Source of the DNA: a virus | Lineage: Duplodnaviria > Caudoviricetes | Reading direction: 5' to 3' (one strand) | Length of the DNA stretch: 64,000 nucleotides | Virus record (IMG/VR): IMGVR_UViG_3300005662_000039 | Location: 4,188-68,187 of that record | Shown: positions 9,134 through 19,500 of the stretch, piece after piece | How positions within the stretch are numbered: the stretch's first letter is position 1 | Layout: each line of letters begins with the position of its first letter | Translations under genes and position numbers: made by a program | The notes under the pieces: model-generated | What the model was told of the DNA's origin: nothing | Seen by the model: only the letters and a program-made list of their open reading frames with translations | Databases searched by the model: none

Positions 9134-9600
9134 TCGGCGTAAACCGATAGGCTCCATCCGCTACGCGTCTGGAGAGTATCGTCTCGGCTTCGCCTCGCCA
9201 ATACTACGTTTTCTTTCTCGTTTATAATAAATTTTTCCATCTATTAATGGGCTCTGGGAGCAGAGTATCTCCTAAGAGAGCCACTCGCGTAAATTACCAT
9301 TCAGAACGCAATATTTCATTGCTCACGCGAGGACAGCGCTACCATTATTCTGATATGGTACCCTAATTCTGTAAAGTAGCGGAAAGGATAATGTCCGCTT
9401 GGACGCACGAAGCATGCGTTTTACAACCACTGCATTACCTAAATGAACAGTCTTTTACCTCTGATGTTTAAGTCTTGATAGATGCAGGCTACCTCTTCGG
9501 TTAGGAAGAGTACAGGCTTGCGGGTCTTAGCCATGGGGTGTCGCGCCTGAAACCCCTACCCCCCCTGTTCCTGGATGTTGCCGTGCTTGCGGCATTGCCT
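9133..9600. ncRNA. candidate structured non-coding RNA or ssDNA origin/initiation element
   Basis: ~470 nt with no ORF of 60 aa or more, visibly more GC-rich than its flanks, with about ten consecutive stem-loops (listed in findings). Confidence 0.5.
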
Positions 9601-9662
9601 TTTTATCGACAAAATGATTCTAGAGAAGAGGTAGATATGTTAAAAAAAAGTATTATAAAAAA

Positions 9663-10001
9663 GTGATTTCTCTATATCCACAATCATCTGGAATAAAAAG
9701 CAGTCAAAAATCAACAGCCCCATCTCACCCTAGAAAAGGTGATGTTTGGATTTATCCAATTACGGGAGAAGAGACTGTGTGGTATGTTGACTCTAATGAC
9801 AAGGCTGCTTTTGTTGAGTTTGCTGACAATGCCATATGGGAGGATTTAGCTGAAGCAACTTCTGAATTAAAATTTCCATCAAGCAGTCCTTCAATATCTC
9901 AAATTTTAATACATGGAAGAAGAAAATGGCAGTGGAACGGCAAATTCTGGAAATCACTTTATCCCGCATTGGTGGTGCGTGGAGGAACTTTCTCAGATTA
10001 G
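9663..10001 (+). CDS. small fibre-associated structural protein
   Basis: FPSSSP...KWQWNGKFWKS pattern typical of phage fibre modules; ends RGGTFSD. Confidence 0.6.
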   Translation: MISLYPQSSGIKSSQKSTAPSHPRKGDVWIYPITGEETVWYVDSNDKAAFVEFADNAIWEDLAEATSELKFPSSSPSISQILIHGRRKWQWNGKFWKSLYPALVVRGGTFSD

Positions 10002-10009
10002 TGTGAAAA

Positions 10010-10017
10010 TATAAATA
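10010..10017 (+). promoter_or_regulatory. possible late-promoter-like TATAAATA
   Basis: TATAAATA ~45 nt upstream of the fibre gene; a second copy at 12397-12404. The AT-rich context makes chance occurrence plausible. Confidence 0.25.
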
Positions 10018-10061
10018 TACATAAAAAAAAGATAAGATAAATAATATATTAGGAGCAATAA

Positions 10062-11990
10062 ATGGCAACAAATCCCACCATTCAGTTCAAGCGCAAGACT
10101 ACGACAGGTACACCATCTTCCCTTTCTGTGGGAGAGCCAGCGGTAAATACTGCGGATAATCAACTATTCATAGGCACCAATGGTCCTGCCGTAAAATGGG
10201 TTGGAGCTGAGATAGAAAACAGTTCTACCAATGGAACCACATGGTCTAGCGACTTAAAGTTGGCTACAAAGAAAGCAATTGGCGACTATTTCATGCCTCT
10301 TGGCGGCGGTTTATTTACTGGAGATGTTACCCTAACAGGGGGATCTGATCTGAGGTTCAGGGAGACAGGCGGAGGCACCGACTACGTTGCCTTCCAGGCT
10401 CCAGCCGCTGTGACCACGAGCGTAACATGGACTCTTCCTGCTGCAGATGGTGGTGCAGGAGAAGTGCTTTCCACAAACGGATCTGGAACACTCTCTTGGG
10501 CTTCTGCTGGATCTGCTACTACTGTAACCACTAACTCGGATAATACCAATGCGACTAGATACATTGTTTTGTCCACATCAGCTCAGTCTGGAGCAACACT
10601 ATACGTTGATGACACCACTGGAGCCCTTAGCTATAATCCTTCAACTGCAGCACTTACTGTTGCTGGTGATGTAAATGTGAACGGCGGTGATTTGGTTACA
10701 TCTGCATCAACAGCAAGTGTTTTTGATACCAATGCCACGACTCTGACGGTGGGAGCCGCAGCCACAACAGGTACCTTTGGCTATTCCAGTACGGCTGCTT
10801 CTACAACAAATATATCAACTGGAGCAGTCGCATCATCTACCACAAAAACCGTAAACATAGGTACAGGAGGAGCAGCATCTTCCACTACCAATGTCAACAT
10901 TGGATCTTCCAACGGAGGCACCGTAACAGTAAATAGCAATATGACTGTGAGCGGAGACCTTACTGTAAGCGGAACTACTACCACAGTGAACAGTAGTACC
11001 TTAAGTGTGCAGGATCCTTTGATATTCCTGGCTAACAATAACGGATCTACAGATGCTGTTGATATTGGATTCTACGGTCTATATGATACATCTGGATCTC
11101 AAGATCTTTATACTGGCTTGTTCCGAGATGCCAGCGATGACAAGTATAAGCTGTTCAAGAGTCTCCAGGCAGCGCCAACGACCACAGTCAATACCGGCGG
11201 AACTGGATATGCGGTTGCCACCCTTGTCGCAGACCTTGAAGGAAAGGTCAGCGGTCTTACAGTCACAACCTCAACAGGCACACTGACCATAGCCAATGGT
11301 AAGACCCTTACCGCTAGCAATACGCTTACATTTACTGGCACAGATTCTTCTTCCGTGGCTTTCGGAGCTGGTGGTACTGTTGCGTACATCGGATCAAACA
11401 ACGCATTCACTGGTGCAAATACATTTACCAATGCCACTGGACAAACCTTCAGACCAGCAGGTACTCAGGATGGTATAATAATTCAGGGAAGGGCTGGAGG
11501 CACCAGCACCTATGCTGTGACCCTTGCCACGGCCACCTTAGGCGCTTCTCGCACCTTTACTCTTCCAGACGTAGATGGCACCGCCATTACTACGGGTAAT
11601 CTATCCAGCATCACGACAGTGGGAACGATTTCTTCTGGTACATGGAACGGAAATGCAATTGGAGTTGCATACGGAGGTACTAACATAACATCATACACTG
11701 TTGGTGATGTTATATACGCTTCTGGAGCGACTACTTTAAGTAAATTGTCAGCATCATCCACTGCTGGGGCAGTGCTGGCAAGCACAGGATCGGCAGCAGC
11801 TCCAGAGTATAAGACTATATCATTTACAAATGGATCTGTCACTTCTGGATCTGGAACTCTTACACTTGCGGTTCAGAATGCAGCTGCCGATGGAACCACT
11901 AAGGGAATAGCAACATTTGATTCTACTCAATTCGATGATTCTTCTGGATTAATATCTATGGGTACCATAGATGGTGGTACATACGTATAA
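10062..11990 (+). CDS. fibre/appendage protein 1 (Mtd_N-like N-terminus)
   Basis: MATNPTIQFKRKTTTGTPSSLSVGEPAVNTADNQLFIG head; T/G/S/A-rich beta repeats; C-terminal IDGGTYV; AGGAG RBS. Confidence 0.8.
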   Translation: MATNPTIQFKRKTTTGTPSSLSVGEPAVNTADNQLFIGTNGPAVKWVGAEIENSSTNGTTWSSDLKLATKKAIGDYFMPLGGGLFTGDVTLTGGSDLRFRETGGGTDYVAFQAPAAVTTSVTWTLPAADGGAGEVLSTNGSGTLSWASAGSATTVTTNSDNTNATRYIVLSTSAQSGATLYVDDTTGALSYNPSTAALTVAGDVNVNGGDLVTSASTASVFDTNATTLTVGAAATTGTFGYSSTAASTTNISTGAVASSTTKTVNIGTGGAASSTTNVNIGSSNGGTVTVNSNMTVSGDLTVSGTTTTVNSSTLSVQDPLIFLANNNGSTDAVDIGFYGLYDTSGSQDLYTGLFRDASDDKYKLFKSLQAAPTTTVNTGGTGYAVATLVADLEGKVSGLTVTTSTGTLTIANGKTLTASNTLTFTGTDSSSVAFGAGGTVAYIGSNNAFTGANTFTNATGQTFRPAGTQDGIIIQGRAGGTSTYAVTLATATLGASRTFTLPDVDGTAITTGNLSSITTVGTISSGTWNGNAIGVAYGGTNITSYTVGDVIYASGATTLSKLSASSTAGAVLASTGSAAAPEYKTISFTNGSVTSGSGTLTLAVQNAAADGTTKGIATFDSTQFDDSSGLISMGTIDGGTYV

Positions 11991-12017
11991 TAAAACAGAC
12001 TAATACAAGGAGGATAT

Positions 12018-12317
12018 ATGCCAAGGCAGGTTTCCTATATTAGATTCAATGAAAATCTTTCTGATAACATATCGTATTCAAAAAATTACATTAAGCGAGA
12101 TAGTTCTGAAAATGAGATAATATCAATTGTCAGCGGTCATGCCACTGCTTCTCCAACCTTTGGATTTGAATTAATTGATAGTAGCGGAGGTGCCGATATA
12201 CAGAACGCAGCCGCAGACAGTCAGACCAAAGGCATTGCGACATTCTTCGATGCGCAGTTTGACTCATCTTCTGGTCTCATCACGCTTGACACACTTGATG
12301 GCGGATCTTACGATTAA
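12018..12317 (+). CDS. small protein duplicating the C-terminal 36 aa of fibre 1
   Basis: QNAAADSQTKGIATFFDAQFDSSSGLITLDTLDGGSYD vs QNAAADGTTKGIATFDSTQFDDSSGLISMGTIDGGTYV; AGGAGG RBS. Confidence 0.75.
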   Translation: MPRQVSYIRFNENLSDNISYSKNYIKRDSSENEIISIVSGHATASPTFGFELIDSSGGADIQNAAADSQTKGIATFFDAQFDSSSGLITLDTLDGGSYD

Positions 12318-12339
12318 AATATAATTTTAATTTTCTAGT

Positions 12340-12371
12340 AAAAAATCCAGGGTTAGCATCCTGGATTTTTT
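12340..12371. terminator. intrinsic terminator (potentially bidirectional)
   Basis: AAAAAATCCAGG-gttagcat-CCTGGATTTTTT. Confidence 0.85.
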
Positions 12372-12417
12372 TCATTACTACAATACATTGACGATATATA
12401 AATAACGGAGTCTACGC

Positions 12418-12672
12418 ATGGAAGACCAGGAAATGTATAAAGATAATTTTTTAATTCCAATTCTCAGGAAAAGAGTAAGCGAACTTTCTTCAATAGCTTT
12501 GGAACTAGAGGCAACGGTCATATTTCAGAACAATAAGATCAAGGAATTGAACGATAAGATAGCCAATTTAACTTTTATTCAAAATGAAGATTCATCTTCT
12601 CCAGCAAGATCGAAAAAGAAGTTATCTTCCAGTGAAAAGAGCAGCAGTATGGCAGATGGCGGAACATTCTGA
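12418..12672 (+). CDS. small coiled-coil protein, possible fibre chaperone/adaptor
   Basis: LRKRVSELSSIALELEATVIFQNNKIKELNDKI heptads; ends ADGGTF. Confidence 0.7.
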   Translation: MEDQEMYKDNFLIPILRKRVSELSSIALELEATVIFQNNKIKELNDKIANLTFIQNEDSSSPARSKKKLSSSEKSSSMADGGTF

Positions 12673-12678
12673 TACTAA

Positions 12679-14685
12679 ATGGCTACTAACCCAGCAATAA
12701 AACCAAGAAGAGGAACATCAACGCCTGGTGCTGGTGCTATACTTCAGCATGAACTAGCCATAGATACTACCAATAAAAGAATATTTATTGGCGCGGCAGA
12801 TGGTTCTGGAACATTGGTAGGATCTGCTCCTGGCGGGTCTGATACACAAATACAGTTCAATGACGGTGGTAATCTGGGTGGTGATTCTGGTCTTACATAC
12901 AACAAGACGACAGATGCCTTGACCATGGCGGGTGATCTGAATCTAAATGGTGGAGGAATAAAATCGAATGAGGCAACTGTTTCTATTCTTCCATCTACAG
13001 TCACTACACTCAATATTGGTGGCGCTGCAACTGCTCTTAATTTGGGAACAACGACAGGAACTACGACCATAAACAGTCCAACTGTGGTAGGTTCACAAAC
13101 AACACAAGCACTTTTTGATACTGTAGCAACCACGATGAATTTTGCCAGAACGGCAACTTCAATTACTATGGGTGCTGCTACAGGAACCACTGCAATAAGA
13201 AATCCCACTGTAAGAATAGGCAATACTACAGGTCAAATAACTACCAATACTACAGCAAGCACAAATCATTTAACACTTCAGCCTTGTGGTAAGTTGATGA
13301 TTGTACCAACTTTACTAACTATCAATGCAGGATCTATTCCTTCTATTACTGTAGAGAATACAGATGGAGCAACAGGTGTAGTCGAGATTGCTGGTGGTGA
13401 CTTATTTCTGACAAGAAAGACAGCAGATGATGCTACTTTTACTCCTGTAAACATCATATTTGAAGGAGCAACGAACAATACTAATGAAACCACATTAACT
13501 GTTGAGGAACCTACTGCTGATAGGACGATCACTCTACCAGATGCTGGTGGAACTGTTGGTGTTATGGCATCTCCTACAAATCAGCAAATTCAGTTCTATG
13601 ACAGTGGTACTAAGAACCTCAAGGGTGATGCTGATCTAATTTTTGACGGTACGAACCTGCAGATAGGTTCGCAGGGAGATTTGCGTCTTGCTGATTCAGA
13701 TTCCTCCAACTATGTCGCCTTTCAGGCTCCAGCAACAGTATCTGACAACAACATCTATACGCTTCCATCCGCAGTAGGATCTGCCAATCAAGTATTGCAG
13801 ATTGCTTCAGTTGCAGGAAATGATGCAACCCTACAGTGGGCGACTGTATCTGGTTCTGGTTCGCCTGGTGGTTCTGATACTTATGTACAGTTTAATGATG
13901 GTAGCACTTTTGGTGGTGATGCCGGTTTCACTTACAACAAGACAACCGACAGTGTTACACTTGCTGGAGATATTGCAGTAAACGGTGGAGATATTACCAC
14001 TTCCGCTACAGTAGCATCCTTGTTCGACGCCACAGCAACCACAATTAGTATAGGAACTTCTGTTGCAACCACTGTGAGTATTGGTGCAAATGCCAACGGT
14101 GCAGCAGTGAATATGTGCAACGGAAACATCACATTCACACGAACAGGTTCTGGAATGTTGGTTTACTCCAATCTCGTGGATGGATCTATCAACGGAATGA
14201 ATATCAAGTGTAATGGAACTGGTTCTCCAATTCAGATAGGTGATGTTGATGGAGCACTGAACTCTACAATATTGATGGTGAACGACAGTGCAGGAACCAT
14301 TACTTTCTATACGGGAACTGGTTCGTACGCCTTCCCTACGACTAACGGAAGCAGCGGTCAAGCACTGACTACGAACGGATCAGGAACACTTTCATGGTCT
14401 ACGGTATTTGCAAGAAGCGTGAACAACATATCGACCACTACAAGTGCAGGCTCTGCTGCGAATACAGATTATGTGTATAATGTAACATCTGGAACATTCA
14501 CTCTTACTATGCCTACTGCTGTTTCGAATGCGAATAGATACAGCATCAAACAAAGTGGAACAGGAACTTTGACCATAGCAACTACTTCTTCGCAGACTAT
14601 AGATGGATCTAGCACATACACCATCAACGCACAATATCAGTCGATAGATTTGATCAGCGATGGAGCAAACTGGATCATAGTATAA
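12679..14685 (+). CDS. fibre/appendage protein 2 (Mtd_N-like N-terminus)
   Basis: MATNPAIKPRRG...ELAIDTTNKRIFIG head; repeated GGSDT(Q/Y)(I/V)QFNDG...G(L/F)TYNKTTD modules. Confidence 0.8.
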   Translation: MATNPAIKPRRGTSTPGAGAILQHELAIDTTNKRIFIGAADGSGTLVGSAPGGSDTQIQFNDGGNLGGDSGLTYNKTTDALTMAGDLNLNGGGIKSNEATVSILPSTVTTLNIGGAATALNLGTTTGTTTINSPTVVGSQTTQALFDTVATTMNFARTATSITMGAATGTTAIRNPTVRIGNTTGQITTNTTASTNHLTLQPCGKLMIVPTLLTINAGSIPSITVENTDGATGVVEIAGGDLFLTRKTADDATFTPVNIIFEGATNNTNETTLTVEEPTADRTITLPDAGGTVGVMASPTNQQIQFYDSGTKNLKGDADLIFDGTNLQIGSQGDLRLADSDSSNYVAFQAPATVSDNNIYTLPSAVGSANQVLQIASVAGNDATLQWATVSGSGSPGGSDTYVQFNDGSTFGGDAGFTYNKTTDSVTLAGDIAVNGGDITTSATVASLFDATATTISIGTSVATTVSIGANANGAAVNMCNGNITFTRTGSGMLVYSNLVDGSINGMNIKCNGTGSPIQIGDVDGALNSTILMVNDSAGTITFYTGTGSYAFPTTNGSSGQALTTNGSGTLSWSTVFARSVNNISTTTSAGSAANTDYVYNVTSGTFTLTMPTAVSNANRYSIKQSGTGTLTIATTSSQTIDGSSTYTINAQYQSIDLISDGANWIIV

Positions 14686-14694
14686 GGAGCAAAA

Positions 14695-15579
14695 ATGTCA
14701 CACGGACCTATTTTAGAGAAGAATGTCTCGGCAAGTTCTGGAAACCTGATACTTACTGCAACCTCAAAGCCTTCAACGCCTGCTACGGGAAAAGTTGCCA
14801 TATGGGCGCAAGATATTGGAGATAGAGTGCTGCCCTGTGTTGTTGATTCTCAAGGCTTAACTAACAATCTACAATTATGTGTTGGTAGAACAAAGATAGG
14901 CACTTGGAGCTGGATTGGGAATGCAACTACAGCAACCATCGGACCTGGTATAGCAGCGCCTCAGACGAACGGTACTGCTACCGCAGTGAGTGTTGCTACA
15001 ACTAGCGCGCTTGCTGCCGCGAGAAGGCTTCAGTATCTTTCTGCTGCAACAAACCCTTCTTCAGCGTCCATCAGGCATAATGCCTTACAATATTTCTTAG
15101 GCAACGCAACAGACCGCGGTGGTTTTATGATGGTAATGAGATTCGGCCCCTCTGATGCAGCTAGCAGAGGAACCGTACCTTCAATGTTCTGCGGTATGAT
15201 CAGCCAAACAACTATTTTGGCTACCGTAACAACTGCTCTAACAAATCTTGTTGGGGTATGTCAATTGGCAGGATCTACCAATATGCAGATAATACATAAT
15301 GATGGAGCAGGAACTGCAACCACTGTTGATCTTGGTTCTGATTTTCCTTGCAACCTAAACACAGAACTTTACGAGGTTACTTTGGCCTGTCCTCCAAACG
15401 CAACAACTGTAGGATACCAAGTAAAGAGAATAGGAACTGCTTTCGAAGCAAACGGAACAATCTCAACCGATCTTCCTTCCAACACTCAGTTACTTACGCC
15501 ACAACTGACAAGAATAAACAACGCAGCCAATACAGTTGCGATGGACTATTCATCTGTTTACATAGAAAGTTATGCATAA
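14695..15579 (+). CDS. fibre-tip/lectin-like structural protein
   Basis: T/A/G-rich beta-strand composition; directly upstream of a fibre chaperone. Confidence 0.55.
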   Translation: MSHGPILEKNVSASSGNLILTATSKPSTPATGKVAIWAQDIGDRVLPCVVDSQGLTNNLQLCVGRTKIGTWSWIGNATTATIGPGIAAPQTNGTATAVSVATTSALAAARRLQYLSAATNPSSASIRHNALQYFLGNATDRGGFMMVMRFGPSDAASRGTVPSMFCGMISQTTILATVTTALTNLVGVCQLAGSTNMQIIHNDGAGTATTVDLGSDFPCNLNTELYEVTLACPPNATTVGYQVKRIGTAFEANGTISTDLPSNTQLLTPQLTRINNAANTVAMDYSSVYIESYA

Positions 15580-16014
15580 ATGAGTTATATAATATTCAGA
15601 AACGGACATCCAGTAAATGCTTATCCGCAGAAACCACTTGAGAAACTTGGACTATCTCCTGATGCACAAGTGATAAGCGAAGAACTTGCCCAACTGGATT
15701 GCTATACCTTTATTGATAGTGATATGCCTAGTTTTGACTGTAATCTTTTTTATCCTGTCGAGAACTGGGAGATCAGAGGAACAGAGTGCATTCGTACTTG
15801 GACTCTCGGTGATCAGGACTACAGCGAAGCATGGACCTATGTGAAGAACATCAGAAACCAGAAGTTAGCCGAATGTGATTGGACTATGACATCGGATGCT
15901 CCACTGACAAACGAGCAGAAGCAAGCGTGGATGGATTACAGAATAGCACTGAGAGATCTTCCACAAAGTTTCGATAAGCCGCAAAGTGTTGTTTGGCCAG
16001 TCCCGCCTTCGTGA
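15580..16014 (+). CDS. tail fibre assembly chaperone (Phage_tail_APC-like)
   Basis: WTYVKNIRNQKLAECDWTMTSDAPL...WMDYRIALRDLPQ...VVWPVPP signature. Confidence 0.85.
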   Translation: MSYIIFRNGHPVNAYPQKPLEKLGLSPDAQVISEELAQLDCYTFIDSDMPSFDCNLFYPVENWEIRGTECIRTWTLGDQDYSEAWTYVKNIRNQKLAECDWTMTSDAPLTNEQKQAWMDYRIALRDLPQSFDKPQSVVWPVPPS

Positions 16015-16026
16015 TATAATACAGCG

Positions 16027-16503
16027 ATGTACCGTAACGCAAAAGATGTAGGCTATTCTCCAGGCGATCTAGGACGGTTTTCTGTTCTAAATGGCCTGGA
16101 GTTTTCTTCTGTTCTTGATGTAGGATCTGGTCCTTGCATTTTGCAAGGTGTTCTCAAGGATGTCGCATATGAAGCGGTGGATGTGCGAGAGGAATCTCTT
16201 GCTCTCTGTAACTGCAAGACATATACTTCTATTCCTGCAAGAAAGAAATACGATCTTGTATGTTTTTTTGGTGTATTTGCCTATGGTGACAAGGAGCAGT
16301 GTCGAGAACTTCTTGCAAAAGGATCAAAGCGTGCCAAGAAGTATGTTGTGTTCTCCACAATCAAGCCGTTTCCAAGAAGCGGAAAGATGCTTACTTTTGA
16401 TGAAAATGAAGTTATACAAATGATTTCTTTAGTAAATCCCGCTAGTTACACCATAGATACTGTGACGGAACCAACAGAAACAATAGTCATTTGCGAGATT
16501 TAG
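16027..16503 (+). CDS. class I SAM-dependent methyltransferase
   Basis: Motif I VLDVGSGP, acidic AVD at the end of strand 2, YDLVCFFGVF. Confidence 0.7.
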   Translation: MYRNAKDVGYSPGDLGRFSVLNGLEFSSVLDVGSGPCILQGVLKDVAYEAVDVREESLALCNCKTYTSIPARKKYDLVCFFGVFAYGDKEQCRELLAKGSKRAKKYVVFSTIKPFPRSGKMLTFDENEVIQMISLVNPASYTIDTVTEPTETIVICEI

Positions 16504-16582
16504 GTAAATATATTATAACTAATTAGGTCATGCAAACTATTTTTAGGACTTGTTTGGTATATAATGTAATAATATAATCAAT

Positions 16583-19500
16583 ATGACCATTTCTAGAGAG
16601 TCTTTGATCACTATCTTGTATGGAGCTAATGCTCAGAATTCTCCCTCTGATTTATCAGATGGAGAATTGGCTTTTTCAAATGCTTCAAAGAAGTTGTTCG
16701 TAGGATCCGATTCTGATTCTACTTCAAATTGGATAGGATCTATTATCGATGATTCTTCATCGATAGACTGGTATGGTGTTACTTCTGAAAATAATAAGTT
16801 ATCAACACAGCATGCGATAATGCAATTGTTTTCCAGTGGTGCAATATCAGAATTAAAAATATCGAGTAAGTTGATATTTCCTAACGAAGATGGTTCTTAT
16901 TATTCTGCATTGCAAGGAAACTCCAATGCGAGTCAGGATGCAATATATATTCTTCCTGCAAGCATTGGATCCGTTGATCAGGTTTTAAAAATATCATCAA
17001 TATCAGGATCTGAAGTGTCTCTATCATGGGGCACTTCCACCGGTGGTTCTGGAACCCCAGGAGGTTCCGACACCTACGTTCAATTCAATGACGGTGGATC
17101 TTTTGGCGGCGATTCTGGTATTACATACAATAAGACAACAGATGCCCTTAGTGTTGCTGGTGATATCAATGCAAATGGTGGAGCCGTAAAAACCATTGCT
17201 ACCACATTTAGTTTGGCGGATGCTACGGCAACAACTATTAATTTTGGTGGATCTGCAACATCAATGAATATTGGATCTACAACTGGATCTACCACCATAA
17301 AGAGTCCAACATTGGTTGGCTCTCAATCGACTCAGGCACTTTACGATACTGTTGCTACTACCATGAACTTTGCCAGAACGGCAACTTTGATAACAATGGG
17401 ATCCACTACGGGGACAACTGCGATAAGGAATCCAATTCTCAGGTTGGGAAGCACTACTGGAGTAATAGCAACAAACACCACTGCTTCTACAAATCATATA
17501 ACGCTGCAGCCTTGTGGCGAACTATCGATTACGCCAACGACCACGCTCGTTAATGCAGGAAGCATACCTTCACTTACGGTCGAGAACACGGATGGAGCAA
17601 CTGGTGTTGTTGAGATCTCTGGAGGCAATCTTTTCCTTGGTAGAAAGACTGCTGATGATGCTGTATTTACATCTGTTGATATAGTATTCGAAGGTGCTGC
17701 AAGCGATGCTTTTGAAACTACCCTTACGGTCGCTGATCCCACTGCGGATAGAACAATAACGCTTCCTGACGCATCTGGAACTGTAGGTCTTGTTCCAGGA
17801 AATAATACAGAAGTGGTATATAATAATAATGGGGCATTAGGTTCCAGTTCTTTATTTATATACGATTCTGCTAGTAATATACTTGAGGTAGACGGCGGTC
17901 ATGTTAGAAGCAGTCTCTTAGGCGCTGTTCAGATAGAGGTGCGAAATACTACAGGATCTCCAATATCAGCTGGTACTCCTGTTTATGCGGTAGGATATTC
18001 TGGCGTCAGGATCTTAATAGCTCCAGCTGATGCATCTGATTCTTCAAGAATGCCAGCAGTAGGTATAGTGGATGGTGCAATATCTAATAACAGTAACGGG
18101 CACGCTACCGTAACTGGAGTTCTTAGGAATATTAATACCACATCATACTCAGTTAATCAAACTTTATATGTTGCATCTGGCGGAGGTCTTACAAATGTTA
18201 GGCCAACATCAGCAAGCGTTCTTGTCCAGAATATGGGCAAGGTGGTTAATGTCGGCGTTAATGGCGAAGTTGTTGTATTTGGACCAGGAAGAACAAACGA
18301 TGTTCCCAATCAGATCATCGTAAACGACACGATTATTTTTGAGGGAGCAACTGCAAATGACTACGAAACTACGCTTGCTGTAACTGACCCAACTGCTGAT
18401 AGGACTATAACATTTCCTGATTCAACTGGAACTGTTGCACTGGTTGCTGGATCAGACACTTATGTGATGTTCAATGATGGCGGATCAGCCCTGGGTGGTG
18501 ATTCTGGTCTTACTTACAATAAGACTACTGATACTTTGACAGTATCTGGAGATTTAGCCGTAAATGGTGGAGACATTACCACTACTGCATCAGGTACATT
18601 TAATATAGTCAATTCAAACGCAACTGGCATCTACATGGGCAATAACGATGCAACTGATGTGAGGATTGGAAAAACTGACAGTACTGGAACTAATAGATTA
18701 TATGGCACTACTCAGATAGTTGGAGGAACGCTTACTACCGGCGCAGCTACATCATATTTGTTCAATACGACATCAACTACTCTAGCTATTGGTGGAGCAG
18801 CCTCCTTGCTCACGCTTGGATATGACAGTACAGGATCTTCTACTACGAACATTTCAAATGGAACCGTTGGATCGGGCAGTACTAAGACGGTAAACATAGG
18901 AACTGGTGGCGGAGCCTCGTCTACTACGAATATAAATATAGGATCATCCATTGCTGGAACAGTGACAATTAATAGCAATGTAACAGCAAGTCTAGATCTA
19001 GCTGTTAATGGAGGTGATATCACAACCACTGCTTCCAGTGCTACCGTGATGAACTCTAATGCTTCAACTCTTAGCATAGGTGGTGCAGCCACATCACTTA
19101 CTGTTGGCGCTACCACTGGCACTGCATATCTTAGAAATCCTCTTTTTGTTCTCGGTAGCACTGCTGTCGGCATAAGTACTAACAGTGGAACTTCAAACTA
19201 TATAAGTTTTGTTCCTTATGGTAATTTTACAATAAGTCCACTAAGTACTGGGTCTACTTTTGGAGGTACTAGTACTTCACTTAATGTGACTAATGGTGTT
19301 GATGCTACAGGAGTGGTCTCAGTATCTGGCGGAGATCTCTATCTCGGAACCAAGCAATCAGATGAATTTTCACCTCCCGTATCGGTAAACATAATTTTTG
19401 AAGGTTCATCGAATGATGGGTTTGAAACCACTCTTACAATAACCAATCCAACTGCGGACAGGACTATCACGCTACCAAATCTGAGCGGAACTGCGATTGT

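Noticed and set aside
9133-9600. tRNA, tmRNA, RNase P, group I/II intron or HEARO/omega RNA identity for the structured element
   Set aside because: No cloverleaf or CCA end, no tmRNA termini, no intron core motifs and no adjacent IscB/TnpB or RT. The ATTGGCGAGG similarity to HEARO is too short.
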